Positions 1 through 13,979 of a stretch of DNA of 64,000 nt are shown here, one piece after another (position 1 is the first letter of the stretch; every line of letters begins with the position of its first letter). Origin of the DNA: the human T2T-CHM13v2.0 reference genome, Homo sapiens. The translations under genes and the position numbers were made by a program. Where the stretch lies: NCBI RefSeq assembly GCF_009914755.1, contig NC_060931.1; one strand, written 5' to 3'. The notes beneath the pieces were generated by a model. That model did not search any database. It saw only the letters and a list, made by a program, of their open reading frames with translations, and was not told the DNA's origin.

Positions 1-164
1 AATGTTCCTTACCATGATACAGCAAAGTATGAAAGTGAGCATATGTAAGCTATTTTAAGCTGATGGATGCCACCCAAATGGGTATTCCTATATGAAATAT
101 TGAATATTGACATCCTTTTGAAAGTAATGTAGACTGAAGGCTTCTTTTACTGGAGAGACTATAC

Positions 165-310
165 ATTGGTTCTCAATGTAGTATGCATAGGAATGTCCTT
201 TAGCCCCATTCCCGAACATTTTACTTTAGTATGTCTGGGGTGAGGTAGAGGAAACTTCAGTTTTAAGAAGGACTGTAGGTGATTTTGGAGCAAGTTTTTA
301 GACCACCTGC
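165..310. mobile_element. MER5-type hAT-Charlie DNA transposon relic
   Basis: ggttctcaa start, ggggtgagg middle and ggtgattt...gaccac end resemble the MER5 consensus. Confidence 0.5.
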
Positions 311-324
311 TCCAAAATATAATA

Positions 325-535
325 TATCCAAGGTATAATGTTTAAGGCCTACTGTAAGTCTTATTGGTAGGTGAACTCTGTCACGGTCCTTAATCTTTTC
401 TAAGCATCTGTTTTCCTATGTATAAAATGAAGATTATAATACGTAATTATACTTGTATACAACTTAGGGGTTTGGAAAGTGTTAGAGAAGTGAAGCACTT
501 AGAATAGGCCTTGCTCATGTGCACTTAATAAATGA
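325..535 (+). mobile_element. MIR SINE
   Basis: ctgttttcctatgtataaaatgaagattataat...gtgaagcacttagaataggccttg...taataaatg is the MIR core and tail. Confidence 0.55.
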
Positions 536-559
536 CATCTATGAAAATTAGATATGAAG

Positions 560-3335
560 ATTCTGGTTCTGAGGAGGAGAGAGTAAATACACTTTTCCCA
601 CTTACCCCGAGCACGGTGATCATACCTGGACAGAATTGCATGAATCCATGAAGCATGTATTAAAAGACTTTGAAAAGTAAATAGTAAGAGATTTAGGGGA
701 GAACACCTGAATTTGAAGTACCTCTAACTGGCAGTCAACTTAACCAGCTTTTCCCTCTAGTTATTCCTTCACTTGAGTATAGTTGAACCTGAAACCTGGA
801 AGTGAGCACCAGGCAGTGCAGCAGATATCCAGGAAATGCTCTTTATTCCCGGTGCAAAGAACATGAAAAAGTGAGCTGTAATGTCAGAGAGAGTGTGGAA
901 ATAGTTTGTTTTCCCCTCCTTTCCATTTTCTTATGCCCCAGACCCCAAGTAATCCTGTATTGGAAACAGCAGATGAGCAGGAGCCAACTCTGAGAAAGAA
1001 GAACTTTCTTCATTGCTGAGCTGTGATCCCAAAGAAAGGAGTGAATCTCCTTTCCTTTTCCCCCTCCATTCTCCTGTTGCATGGCCTCTGCCCTGGAACC
1101 ATGCTGGGGAGTGGGATAACTAAAGCAGGAGCCCCAGGCAACTGGAAAATGCTAGAGAGATTGCAGAGAGAAGATCTTGACAAAGCAATCCTTGATGTTG
1201 TTTATGAACTCTTGGGATCACCCCTTACTTGCATATGCACTAATTTGATCCTAATCAGCATACCAAAGATGATAGGAACTGAATTAGTAAATAGACAACT
1301 GCCCAGGTTGTCATATGACCATTAGGTTTGGCACTTACTAGTCAGATTCAAATAACACTGCAAAGCCTTTGAAACCTTAATCAAAATGAGAATCAAAGCC
1401 CACAGAAGGTGGGTAAGAACTGGCAGCCTGGATGTAACCAGGTCAATTGTCTGCTAAACCAGCAAGAGTAAAAATTCTCCTTAGAATTTAAACAAGACCC
1501 AGTGGCTCATAATATAATGTTCAAAATGTCCAGGATACAATCCATTATTACTGAGCATATGAAGAACCAGAACTTGCATGAGAACAGGCCATCAATGCCA
1601 ACGCGAAGATGACACAGATGTTGGAATTAACTTACAAAGATGTTTACATAGCTATTATAACAACGCTCTAACAAGCATCACAAACACTGTTTAATAAATG
1701 GGATATAGAAATATTTAGCAAAGAAATATAAGATATGAAGAAGAACCAAAAGGAAAATTAAAAACTTAAAAGTATAATAACCAAGAAAAAAATTACACCT
1801 CACTCGTTGAGCTCAATAGTGCAATGAAGATGACAAGGAACTTAAAGATAGATCAATAGAAATTATTCAATCTGAAGAATAGAGAGAACAAAAGATAGCT
1901 CCTTCCTACTCAAAACAAGAAATAACAGATCCTCAGGAACCTATTCAACAATAACAAAAAGTCCAATATTTATGTCATTGTAGTCCCAGAATGAGGGGAG
2001 AAAGTGTACATGCTGAAAAATATTTGAAGAAATAACAATTGTATATATACCAAATTTGGTAAAAGTTAAATGCCCGTAGATTTAGTAATTTCAGCAAACC
2101 ATAAATGGGATAAACTGAAAAAAATCTATGCATGAATACATAATGTGTCCTTTAAGAACAGGTGTATGTCCTGAGAAATGTGTCAGTTGGTGGTGGTGTG
2201 TGAATATCATAGAGTGTACTTACACAAACCTAGATGGTATAGCCTGCTACACACATAGGCTATATGGGATAGCCTATTCCTCCTAGGCTATAAATCTGTA
2301 CAGCATGTACATGTTACTGCACTCAATACTATAGGCAATTGTAACACAGTGGATACACAAAAATCATCCAGAAAAACACCCAGAGGGGGAAAAAAATGTA
2401 TTATCCATGGGGAAACAGTGATTTGATTAACTGCATATTTTTTTGTCAGAAATTAATGCTAGGGAAGAAGTGGCACAACATGTTTAAAAGGCTGAATGGA
2501 AAGAATGCCAACCTAGATTTCAATATCCAGTAGAAATATCCTTAAGAAATGAAGGTTAAATAAAGATGTTCTGTATAAAGGAAAACTAAGGGAATTTGTA
2601 GCCAGCTGACTTCCTCTAAAATAATTTTTCCAGGAATTTTTCATTTACAGAAGGTAAATGTTGTCAGAAGGGAACTGGAAACATCAGAAATGAAGGAAAA
2701 GTAACGTAAATAGTAAATATCTGGGTGAATATAATGGTCTATTCTTTTCCTAGTGAATTCTTTGAAATATTTGATGGGTGAAAGCAAACATTAAGATACT
2801 GTCTGATGGGATTTTCAGTGTATGTAGATCTAACATACAGATAAATACAACATAAAATGGGGAGAGTAAAGGGACTATATTGTAGTAAGTTTGCTATATT
2901 CCACTTGAAGTGGTAAAATTTTGATTCTAACTACAATGCGAAAAGTATATGCATTATGATTCCCTAAGCAGTCATTAAACATCTATCATTAAACATCTAT
3001 GCAAAAATATAGCCAAAATCAAAATAGGTAAGTGTAATAGTAATGACTCTAAAGAATACCAGAAAGCAAAACAGGGATAAACAGAAAAAAGAATAAACTG
3101 ATCTAAGTCATTCAAAAATATCAACAACATTAAATGTGAATGGTCTAAATATATGAATTAACAGAAGTTGTCAGAAAAAAATGACCCAACTCTATGCTGT
3201 CCAATTCATATTTGAAATTCACTTCAAATATAATGATACTGTTAAGTTAAAGTAAGAAGATGGAAAAATATACAAACACAAACAAAAGAGGCAAACACTA
3301 ATGAAAAGAAAACTGGAGTGGGGCTATATTAATTA
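560..3335 (+). mobile_element. Old L1M 5' region/ORF1/start of ORF2 remnant
   Basis: A-rich degenerate ORF1-like segments (gagctcaatagtgcaatgaagatg, aatatttgaagaaataa, aagaaatgaaggttaaataaag) and ORF2 endonuclease-like aatgtgaatggtctaaat...gacccaactctatgctgt. Confidence 0.7.
2139..2357 (-). mobile_element. Tigger3a (MER7-type) fragment nested in L1
   Basis: agagtgtacttacacaaacctagatggtatagcctgctacac is the reverse complement of the Tigger3a core also seen at 27012-27311. Confidence 0.75.
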
Positions 3336-3779
3336 TGGACCAGTTTTTGTCATCTCAGAAAACTTGTTTGCAACAAATTCTTGTGCAAATACTTATTTAA
3401 CATTTGTGCTGGCAGAGGGAAGATCAGATGATCTGAATTTGTTGAGAAATTGTGAAACCTCACATTTCACAAGAGATGTTGCCTTTTCCTTTATCTAAAA
3501 GCTAGATTCCAGTAGTTCTTATGCTACAAGTGATTCTCTGTTTCTGCACCTTCCTGCATATGCAAAGATCTTTTATTTCAGTACTGAGTTATCATATTTT
3601 CTATCATACTGGATGCCATTTTAAATGGCAATTAAACTTAACATGTGTTGTGCCAGTAATGCACTTAAAGTGATGGCGGTGTATATGAACATTATGACTT
3701 ACAGGCAATGACAACTCTTCATAATTTTCTCCTGACAAACAGCTCTTTCAGAGGCCATATAGCTTTTAAGAAGCAACTA

Positions 3780-4098
3780 TATTTATATTTTATTTATTTA
3801 TTTATTTTTATTTATGAGATGGAGTCTTGCTCTATTGCCCAGGATGGAGTGTAGTGGCATGATCTCGGCTCACTGCAACCTCTGCCTCCTGGGTTCAAGT
3901 GATTCTTGTGCCTCAGCCTCCTGAGTAGCTGGGATTACAGGCACCCACCGTCATGCCTGAATAATTTTTGTATTTTTAGTAGAGATGGGGTTTCACCATG
4001 TTGGCCAGGTTGGTCTCCAACTCTTGACCTCAGGTGATCCACCCGCCTTGGCCTCCCAAAAGTGCTGGGATTATAGGCATGAGCCACCGCCCCTGGCT
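3780..4098 (-). mobile_element. AluS
   Basis: Full antisense Alu with (TTTA)n tail; short TSD gcaacta at 3773-3779 and 4099-4105. Confidence 0.93.
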
Positions 4099-4204
4099 GC
4101 AACTAAAAAGTGATTTTAGACATAATTGAATAAGGTATATGCATAGAATAATGTCTGCAATATCATACACCTGAAATTGTTCATATTGTTTGTCTGTGAG
4201 CTTG

Positions 4205-4725
4205 TCAGTTGAAGAATGTGTTGTCAGCATTTGGGCTATACCAGTGAACAAAACATTTAAAATACTTTGACTTTGTGAAGCTTATATTTTAGCAGGGCAG
4301 ACAGATATGGAGTAATAAACATAATAAATATGTTAGGTGATAAATATTATGGGAAAAAGTGGTCAAGGGAAGAGGGAATCAGGGGAGTCAGTGTTGAGTG
4401 GGGTGGGGTGGCCTGTGATGGGGGTAGGGTAATCAAGGTAGTTGCATTAAGAAGTTGAATTTGAGCCTACTCAACCAAGGAAAGGAGGAGCTAGCCAACT
4501 AGATGTCTGGTGGAAGATGTTCCAAGCAAAGGAATAGCTATTTTAAAACTACTGAGGCTGAAGTGGAATAGACATGTTTCTGGTCCAGCAAGAAGATGAA
4601 ATGGCTGCAGCAATGAGCAAGGGAGGAGAGCATGGTAACAGGTGATGTTAGAGAGGTAATAGCGCCATATTGTGTAGAACCTTCCAGACTATCTTAAGGA
4701 TTTTGGTTTTTGCTTTAAGGGGAAC
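4205..4725 (-). mobile_element. L2 fragment
   Basis: cagtgaacaaaaca...gaagcttatattttag...agacagat and gttccaagcaaaggaatagc are typical antisense L2 3' sequence. Confidence 0.6.
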
Positions 4726-4929
4726 ATTAGATGATAGGCATGTTAAAACACTTGCAGTTTTTATTATCATGGGTCTTCATTATTTTTTCTCTTCTCCTTT
4801 CGTTTGCTACTCAGTTTATGGTGTTTTGTTATTTTCTTTTTTTTTTGTTTTTGCCAATGTCTCTTCATTTTTTTGCAGAGCCCTCCCTCCTTTCTTTTTT
4901 GTACCAATATATGCTTTTTAAATTTTTCT

Positions 4930-5246
<317 letters not shown>

Positions 5247-6872
5247 CTAGTTGGAATATTTCACATTTATTTAGTGCTTAATATGTCAAGCATTTTCATG
5301 TACATTGTTTTATTTTATCCCAGGCAGCACTCTTTTTTAATTTAAGCTCCAAAATAATAGTTATGATCACAGTCATTGAAGTTGTCTCTCGAAACATTTT
5401 GAATGTTAGCTGGCATAGCTGAAGATGGAAGGATCATTACTTTGGCCAACAATTTCACACCATCTTTGAAACAAAAAAGAGTTCTAGTAAGTCAAATACA
5501 GAGGACACATGGGCATTCCAGTTACCCTTAAGTGTGGTCACTGTGTAATTTTTTGTTGCTGATGGTGCTTTTTGGGTGAGGCCAGGTTTATAAATTTAAC
5601 CTGTGACTTAGTGAAGACGCTTGGTTTTTTCTTGGAATGACTTATTCACTCTTACGGAGGGAGGGTGTCTAACTGCTAGACAGGGCTTGAGGCCAATTCT
5701 TGGATCAGGTGTTGTGACAGGGAGGTTTCTAGAAAGGGTGCTGTATGTGGTGTTGGTTTTTAAAATCCGGGAGAATAATGCAGTCTTTATTATTCCTAAA
5801 GGAAATAAGTGAAACATGTGAAAGAAAAATTACACCACTGAGATGGTCTCTTTACTCAAGGGAATCTTCTTCACTTCTCTGTCCTTTGTAAGATGATTAA
5901 TAGATAGATTTTATTTAAACTGTGGCAAATAAATGAAACCATTAAATATTTATATTGAAAGTAAATATATTAATAAAGGCAATGAAGCTTTCTGTAGGCC
6001 GCATGGCCTGCCCCCAGGCTGTAAATACTCCTTGTGACTTTCCAATACAACTGCCAAGCACTGCCTCTACACAGTCTTTGTAAAACTTTTCCATTCCAAA
6101 TCCACTTGGTACTTTCATTATGGTCTTGTTAACGTTGAATGTTGTCCAAAGGGACTTGCAAGATAGATTTTCCCCTTATTGAGGAGGAGCAAAAGAGGAA
6201 ATCTATAAAAGCATTTCTAGTTGGTATTACTTCAGGGAGATATATTAATAAAAAATAGTGATACTTCTATAGGAAGAAGATCTTTTAATTTGCTATTGTT
6301 TAAATGGTGAGAATTTGGGTAAATGTATTTGCTTTTACTTTATTTTAGCAGCTTTTAGAACATTCTGCATAGGACAACCTGGGAAGATCACAGTATTTTA
6401 TTTACATATGGTATAAATAAGTGAATATATCTACAAGGTACATGTTGACTGTATACAAGATACATGTAGATATGCACTTAGGATATTGGTTTTTAAAATT
6501 TGGTCCGTTTTACCCAGTTTAGCATCTCTCTCCCTATTTCCTCTAAACAAGATTTTTTTCTGTGGGGATCTGCTAACATGTTTCCTATATTCTCATATTT
6601 GGTATAAGACTTATGGGCATCTTTTGCTGGTCTCCTATATGTAAGAATATTTGCTTAAATGTAGTAAAAGCCTCTTATGAATGACAAACCCTTTCACCAG
6701 CATGTTCCATCCTAATCGTGTGCTTGTTCCCTCCATATGTCCTTGTTGAGGGGCATAAAGACCAGCAAGGAATGTTCTTGAGAAGGGAGAGATAGGACCT
6801 GAACACTAGCACCCACAGGCAGGTACAAGAACTACCTATTTCTTATACTGGAAAATTATTTTTTTCTTTTAG

Positions 6873-6970
6873 ATCTTGGATTTGCCTGAGTTGATTGATA
6901 ATTCCAAGTATAAAACTAACCACCTTCGGGTACACAATAGAAAAGAGCTTATTAAAATATTATCTGAACG
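6873..6970 (+). CDS. SUGCT: SUGCT internal coding exon (98 nt, phase 0 to phase 2)
   Basis: Polypyrimidine tract + AG (ttttttctttt-ag, 6871-6872) and donor CG|GTAAGT at 6971. Translates [32 protein letters not shown] + CG, matching my recollection of human SUGCT. Joins in frame to 44048. Confidence 0.95.
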
Positions 6971-7289
6971 GTAAGTTTGGATGTTGTATTCATCCATTTA
7001 AGAATTAATATGTGATAAGCATTTATCTGGTGTTTTATATGTTTTTTTCTTGGCTTATTTGAGATCAATTTGTAATTCTCTTCCATTTTACAAAACTGGC
7101 TGGTGGAGAGATTTTAAAGCTGTGGGGTTTTTTTGTTTGTTTGTTTAGAAGCACTTGAACACATTTTATGTTTTGTTAAGTACTGAGTCATAACAATGAT
7201 ATAAATAAGAAAGTCACCATGACTTGAATTTGGTTGTTTCTCTGTGTCCTGTACCTGTTTGGGTTTAGTTTATCATAAATACAACAACA

Positions 7290-7440
7290 ACAACAATAAT
7301 AATTTAACATTATTTCATACTTTCACTTTGTTAAATGCTTTAGATACATTGTCTCGTTTAATCCTCATAATTATCCTGTGAGGTAAGTTCTGTTATTTCC
7401 ATTTTACATGTAAGGAAAGCAAGGTAAAGAGAGGTGAAAT
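7290..7440 (-). mobile_element. MIR SINE
   Basis: tttaatcctcataattatcctgtgaggtaag...ccattttacatgtaaggaaagcaagg. Confidence 0.6.
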
Positions 7441-9769
7441 CAAGAGTTGGTTTGCATTTCTGAGCCACTCCTGTGAATCTTGATGTTATTTCTGGATCAT
7501 TGCAGATGCCACATTGAGTTATGGGTCATAAAATATTAATGTTAATTAAGTAGAATATTTTATTTCCATTTTTTTCCATTAATGTCAGGTTATTTTTTTG
7601 TAATACCTGTACCAATTTTTCAAGTTTGTCTGAAGAAAATAATTATTCTTACTGTTTCATGTCAGTTTCACTTTTTGTTTGCCTTTACATGTCTTCTGAA
7701 TCTGTACAAATGGGCTTTGTGGCTTTTGTGGATCTAAATGCCCACATGAACTTTTCTTTTATATTGAAAATTTGCTCTCATCATGCCAATAAATTAGGTA
7801 ATTTTGTTTAAATACCATATTTAGCCTTTTGAAAAGGCTCAAGTGTTTCTATGTAGTATACATCAAAGTTATAAGAACTAAAATTCTGCTGTTTTTATTT
7901 TTGTTGTCTTTGTATTTGGGGATGTCTGCAGGAATATCTGAATCAACATTCATCTATCTATTTTTCCTGGATTTGAAATACTTTTGTAACTTTAAACATT
8001 TTATAATTTTAAACACTGCCTGTATCTTTTCCATGTGCCAAATGCTATTCATATCAATAGGGACTGTGTGTTGTGGGACTGATAGACACAGAATGGGGGA
8101 TGGAGAACTGGGTGCCCTTTTCTGGTCCCTAGTTAAATATAACTCTGATTCTACCGCGAAGCCCCAGAGCCCTCAATGATTAACTTTTCTCCACATGAGA
8201 AGTGCCCATTTATTTCTTCTTTTTGCCTCTCTGCCTCTCAAGCATTTGTAATTCATATAATTAATTGATAAAGCTTTTTCCTTTCACACGATGGTTACCA
8301 AGTTTCAATAATAGCCACTTGTGAGAACCTTATCAGAAGCTCTTTGATAAACTGAATAAATCATGACCATACTGCGAGAAGAACAGATCCCAAGAAAAAT
8401 ATGATACCTAGATTGGTTTCCTGTGTTTTAAAACTTTTATTCCTTGCTAAATTATGTTATAGAGTTCAACTGTGGGATGACTTTTAGTAGCATCTGTAAC
8501 ATACTCATTGCCATTTTCCCTCTTTGGGGTGAATTATATAATCTGCAACCTTCTTCTTTCTGTTCTTTTATACACAGAAGTAGAAGTTTCAGCATTTTGG
8601 TATCTATAAGTTTGTTATATTTTTATTCAGACTTAACAATAAGTAAGGAATCGACCTGCAAGGAAGAGACGGGGCAGGCGTGGGTAGTCCTAGGAGAGGA
8701 AATTTCATAAGGAGGTCACATCATCATTGGTACTGCCGTTAAAACACAGACCACAGATAGAGCCCTTGGCTGCTTGCAGGCTAGCTTTTGTGCTCTCTTC
8801 TGCTAGTGCGCTGACATTTTTTGGTACCTTCTTATGAGTTGCAGTTCTCCAAGTCTCTTCTAGCACGTCTCTCTTCCTCCACGGTAGTTCAAATAGTGAT
8901 GACCTGGGAAGATTAGAATTAGAATATTGATTCATTCCAGTTTATAAGCTTATCATTTATTTTTCTGAACAAATATCACTGGAATCATTAGTACTGCTTA
9001 GTGCTTGGCTTTGAGAAGTCTCTTAAAATTTCTCATTTTCATTATATGATGTGTGTTTTTCCAGTATTCAAAAATATTAGTGGTGCTTCATAAGTTACAT
9101 GATTAGACGTAGCCTCCAGCCTGGCATGTGGTGTCTTCCATAATCTGACATCACCTTTCCTGTCCACTCTTCTTCTTACATGTTTCCAAAGGACGGCCCT
9201 GCTATAGTCACCCTCCCAATTGGTTTAGTTTCCTCTCTGAAATGCTTCTCAGAATTACCACTATTCTGAAACTTAGTCATGCTTCAAGGCCAGTTCTAGA
9301 AGCCTCTGTTCCCAGTAAGATGTTGGCACCTTTAGGAAAGAACATTGTCCTTTTCATGCCTTGTCCGTTGCCATTGCCAAACAGAAGTACAATCAACGTT
9401 AGTTGTCATTATGAATGATACTGCTCTAGGGCCTTCTCAACATTCTCGTCTTGCTCAGCACATGCATTACACAGCCACCTCAGAACTTGCAGGCATTTTA
9501 TTTCCTAACAAAAGTGTTACATTAGCTCATAGCCACAAAAAAGCAGCCAGGGAGAAAGGAAGGAGTGGAACCAGCCTTTGGTGGCTGCCAAGTACATGCC
9601 AGATAAGTGTTATTATTCCCACTTGATATGAAAATTCTGACATTTAGGGAGGTGGTCTCCAGGTCAGGCACATAGTGAATAGTTAGAAATGGGATTCAAA
9701 AGGCTACACCTTTTTCATCTCTCATATTGCCTCCCTGAAGTGGCACATGAAATATGACTGTGTCCTTGT

Positions 9770-10190
9770 TTGTTTATGCGCTCAAGAAATATTTATTGAG
9801 CACTAACTGTGTAGTAGGCACTGTTGCAAGTTGGGGATAGAGAAGTGAACGAAACAGACAAAGTGTATCCATGAAAAATAATACAGGCCAGGACAAGGAA
9901 GAATGCCAGAAGTTAAGTGTGAAGCTGGGTTTTTCATTTAGTCTGGTCACAGAGGGCTTCTCTGTGAAAGTGACATTTGATCAGAAGCTTGCAAGAAATG
10001 AGAGAAAATGTCTGAGGGAGGCTGGCAGGCATCTGGGAGATGAATTCCAGGCAGAGTTTATGGAGTAAGTCAGAGGACAGTGTGCTTGGATCTGAGGGAG
10101 CAAGAGAAGAGGGGTGTCAGGTTGGTTCAGAGAGAGTGGGAGCCCATGGCAGGCAGATCAAGTCGTGAACTCATGAAAGCCTTTATGACA
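9770..10190 (-). mobile_element. L2 fragment
   Basis: aaatatttattgagcactaactgtgtagtaggcactgtt...gggcttctctgtgaaagtgacatttgatcaga. Confidence 0.65.
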
Positions 10191-10414
10191 AAGTAGTTTC
10201 TTAAACTTGTGAAATAAAGGATTTTTTTTTTCTGGCCATAAAATGGATTTGCTTATTGCAACTTTTTTCTAACTTGAAGAGAGAGCGTCAAGGGAGGGAG
10301 TGCTCTACCTAGTAGAGAAGAGGTCAAAGCATTTCAGCAACGTGGAGTCAGGAAGACCCCGTTTCTCACCTAGGAAGACCAGAGGGCCAGGTTGAAGTGG
10401 TCTATGCTTCTCCA

Positions 10415-10545
10415 TTTATTCAGTCTCTCACATATTCAACAAGCATTTGTTGAACACCTACTATGTGCCATGAACTGTTCTGAGCACTAGGGATATAGCA
10501 GTAAAATACAGTCAAGAATTCCTGCCCTCCTGAATTTTCATTTGG
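10415..10545 (-). mobile_element. L2 3' end
   Basis: attcaacaagcatttgttgaacacctactatgtgcca...cctgccctc. Confidence 0.65.
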
Positions 10546-11959
10546 TAACCATTGCAGACTTTCTAGAAGACATACTTCTTTTTGGTAGTGGTTGTTTTTG
10601 AACTATTACTTAACACATTTGTTTCGGTGAGCCTAAGAAGTTAGTTTTCCATATTTTTCATAATAACCACTTAAAAAATTTTTTCTCTTGCAAAACTATT
10701 ACAGTTATAGGCTGTACCTGTTACTCATTTATTGTACTTTTTCAACATGTTGATATACATGCTCCAGTTTTTAAAATGTGGTTTGCCAGCCATTTCCATA
10801 GTAAAAACATATTTTTAGTAACAGTAGCCACTCACAAATAATCGACTTTACCATGTGAGTCTATCGTGTTTTTGCCTGTTGTCTTCTGTTAAACCTTACA
10901 TCGCAGGCACTTTCCTTTAATACTTATAGACACTTTCCTTGCCTGATATTTTTATTTTAGAAAATCTTTAAAACGTGAAAATGTGGAGGGATTCATGAGA
11001 GTGAATTTGCACAGCAGATAACTTTAAAAACAAACTCTAGGAATGATGAACTCACTGTGTTTATTTTAAAAAGTTTTCTCATCCTTTACACCCAATTCGA
11101 AGACAGTGAAAACAGAAGCATTTATGGATTTTTACAAAGTTGGCTCTTGTAAATATACACGTGAATTTCCTATTGTGTTTCAAAATCTTCCTTCCAAAGT
11201 ATTTTCCTTGAGCAATTTTTGAGTACTCCCCTCCCTGTCCCTTGTAAGCCTTCATTTATATTTTTTAGAATCAGGTGATTCTCCTATGAAAAGTCCAGGC
11301 TTTTTTGGAAGTACCTACCAGAGTTGTCAGTCACTTACCTCAGTTCTCTGTTATTCTTGCTAAGTACAGTTTGAAGCTACTCTCTGAGGGCGATCAGCCT
11401 CACTCAGGACGGCAGCTGCCTGTTTTGGTCATCAGCTGCGTTTTCCACAGCCAGCACACACGATTCCCCTCAAATGCTCTCAAGTGTTACTATTCCCCAA
11501 CCAGGGCTGTGAGCAAGTCTTTTTTATTAATCTAAAGGTAGAAGACTTTCCCCTGGAGTTTGCCATTTTATCCAGGGTGTTGCAGAAAGTATGTTTACCC
11601 AGCTGCTAACATTGAAAACTAGGTAAAACTCAATCATGTTAAAAATCCCTAGCTAAAACAGAAGAGGAGATATAATGGAGACTAATCCAGCGCCAGATAA
11701 AACAATCCCCTTCTTTGCAATGCTAAGGAGCAACAAACTCTTAAACCTGTGCTACTCACACACCAGATCAGCATTTTTGCAATAGTTAGGACCCCAAGAG
11801 AGATATTGCAAGTTGTGAATTGAAACTAGGAAGAGAGGGATAAAGATGATGTATTAGTGTTTGGGGAGAAATAATAGGAAAACATGAAATGAGGATGAAG
11901 GAGAAGAGAATTGATGGAGAAAATAGACATAAAATTTATTTTATTCTCTCTCTCTTCCT

Positions 11960-12320
11960 CTCTTCACCAACATTTATTGGCCATTGACTGTGTACCATTG
12001 TCCTGCAGATACAGAGCTGAAAGATGAAGCCTGGGCTTTTAAGGAGCTCATGGTCTAATTAGGAAAATAAACACAGAAAGCATTGATTTAAGTAGAGTGT
12101 GGGAATTACCTGGGTAATCATATGCACAGTGGATTGGGGAGCCCAGAGAAGGAGCAACTCCTTTAATCTGGGAAATCAGGGAAGGCTTCCTGGAGATGGT
12201 GCCATCTAAGATAAATCTTGAGGGACAAACAGAATTAGGCAGGTAAAGAAAAAAGTTCAAAGAAGGAAATATTGATGTGAATGTACTTTTGTAGCATGAA
12301 AATAAAATCATGACAGCAGA
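11960..12320 (-). mobile_element. L2 fragment
   Basis: caacatttattgg...aaggagctcatggtcta...tcagggaaggcttcctggagatggtg. Confidence 0.6.
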
Positions 12321-12329
12321 AAAAAAGTA

Positions 12330-12717
12330 CAGATGGTCCCCAACTTACAATTTTTTAAATTTACCATGTGGTAAAGTGGTACACATTCATTAGAAACTGT
12401 ACTGTGAGCCTGGACAACATAGCAAGACCCTATGTTGCTACAAAAATTAAAATTAAAAATTTAACTGGCCCTGCTGGCATGTGCCTGTAGTCCCAGCTAC
12501 TTTGGGAAAGAAACCATCCTGTGAATTTGGATCTTTTTCCAGGGTAGCCATATATGCAGCAAAATACTCTGTTGCGATGTTGTGCAGCAGTAGTGAGCTG
12601 CAGCTCTCAGTCAGTTTGGTAGGTTAGGTATATTAAATGCATTGTTGACTTATGATGTTTACAATTTAATGATAGTTTTATTGGGACATAATACCTTCAT
12701 AAGTTAAGGATTATCTA
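12330..12717 (-). mobile_element. MER47 (Tigger-type) DNA transposon, interrupted by an Alu fragment
   Basis: TA-flanked ends cagatggtccccaacttac and aagttaaggattatcta; internal ttggtaggttaggtatattaaatgcatt matches the MER47 reverse complement. Confidence 0.75.
12407..12508 (+). mobile_element. Internal AluJ-like fragment (no 5' end, no tail)
   Basis: agcctggacaacatagcaagacc...A-rich linker...gtgcctgtagtcccagctactttggg. Confidence 0.85.
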
Positions 12718-13075
12718 TAGTTTGGAGAGATGCAGTTGACAATTTTCAAGCTGCTTTTGGAAAAATGTTACATATGTAAAGCAAGTATATGTCAATGTAG
12801 TCCTAGTGAAGGCATTTGTAAAAAGTTGTTTACGTTATGTCATCATAAATAAAACTAACAGCATTAGATAAGTTCGCCTTTTAAAATACTGTGGCAGTTC
12901 CTTTAGTAAAATAAATAGTTTTGGTTTGGAATGATTTGGTTATTTCTTAAATTAAGTTTTTGATTTTTAATTGTCTATTTACTTATTTTCAGAGTTTACT
13001 GCATTGTGGAGTTAAATGTCCTATATCAGGGCCTTTTAACAGAGGTGCCAAACAAGTATTTGTTGAAATGAATCA

Positions 13076-13417
<342 letters not shown>

Positions 13418-13664
13418 CTAAGTTGATCATTTTTAAAATTTGATATCAAATTATTTTGAATAGATTTATACAAAATACTGGAGAATTGGACCTGGAACAT
13501 TTCTTGACTCTTGATGGAGCAATTGTAACTTCAAAGGTCCCTATACTGAATGTCAATGTAAAAAACTGACATCTTGGCACTATTAAGCCACTATGACCAT
13601 TTCACTGCCCTGGCTAGGTCTTTCTGGGGCTCTCTTCACCTTTCAAAAAAAATAAATAAATATA

Positions 13665-13979
13665 TTTTTTTTGAGACAAGGTCTCACTCTGTCACCCAGG
13701 CTAGCGTGCGGTAGTGTGATCATGGTTCACTTTAGCCTTGAATTCCTAGGCTCACGTAATCCTCCTGCTTCAGTCTCCCAAGTAGCTAAAACTACAGATG
13801 CAAGCCACCATGCCTGCTTAATTTAAAATATAATTTTTTTTAAAAAGATAGTTGGTGGGTGGGGGAGTGGGGTTTCCCTATGTTGCTTTGGCTGTTCTTG
13901 AACTCCTGGCCTCAGATAATCCTCCTGCTCCAACCTCCCGAAGTGCTGGGATTATAGCTCTGAGTCACTATGCCTGGCT
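13665..13979 (-). mobile_element. AluJ
   Basis: gagacaaggtctcactctgtcacccaggc...atcatggttcac; diverged, J-like. Confidence 0.88.

Noticed and set aside
2973-3000. 14-bp tandem duplication (cattaaacatctat x2) and similar microduplications near 36031 and 45270
   Set aside because: Ordinary slippage events with no sign of function.
7376-7390. AG|GTAAGT as a recursive splice site
   Set aside because: Lies in a MIR, the acceptor is GAG and there is no strong polypyrimidine tract.
7829-8179. 116-aa hydrophobic ORF near the first exon
   Set aside because: Low-complexity product of T-rich intron with a non-ATG start and no recognisable homology.
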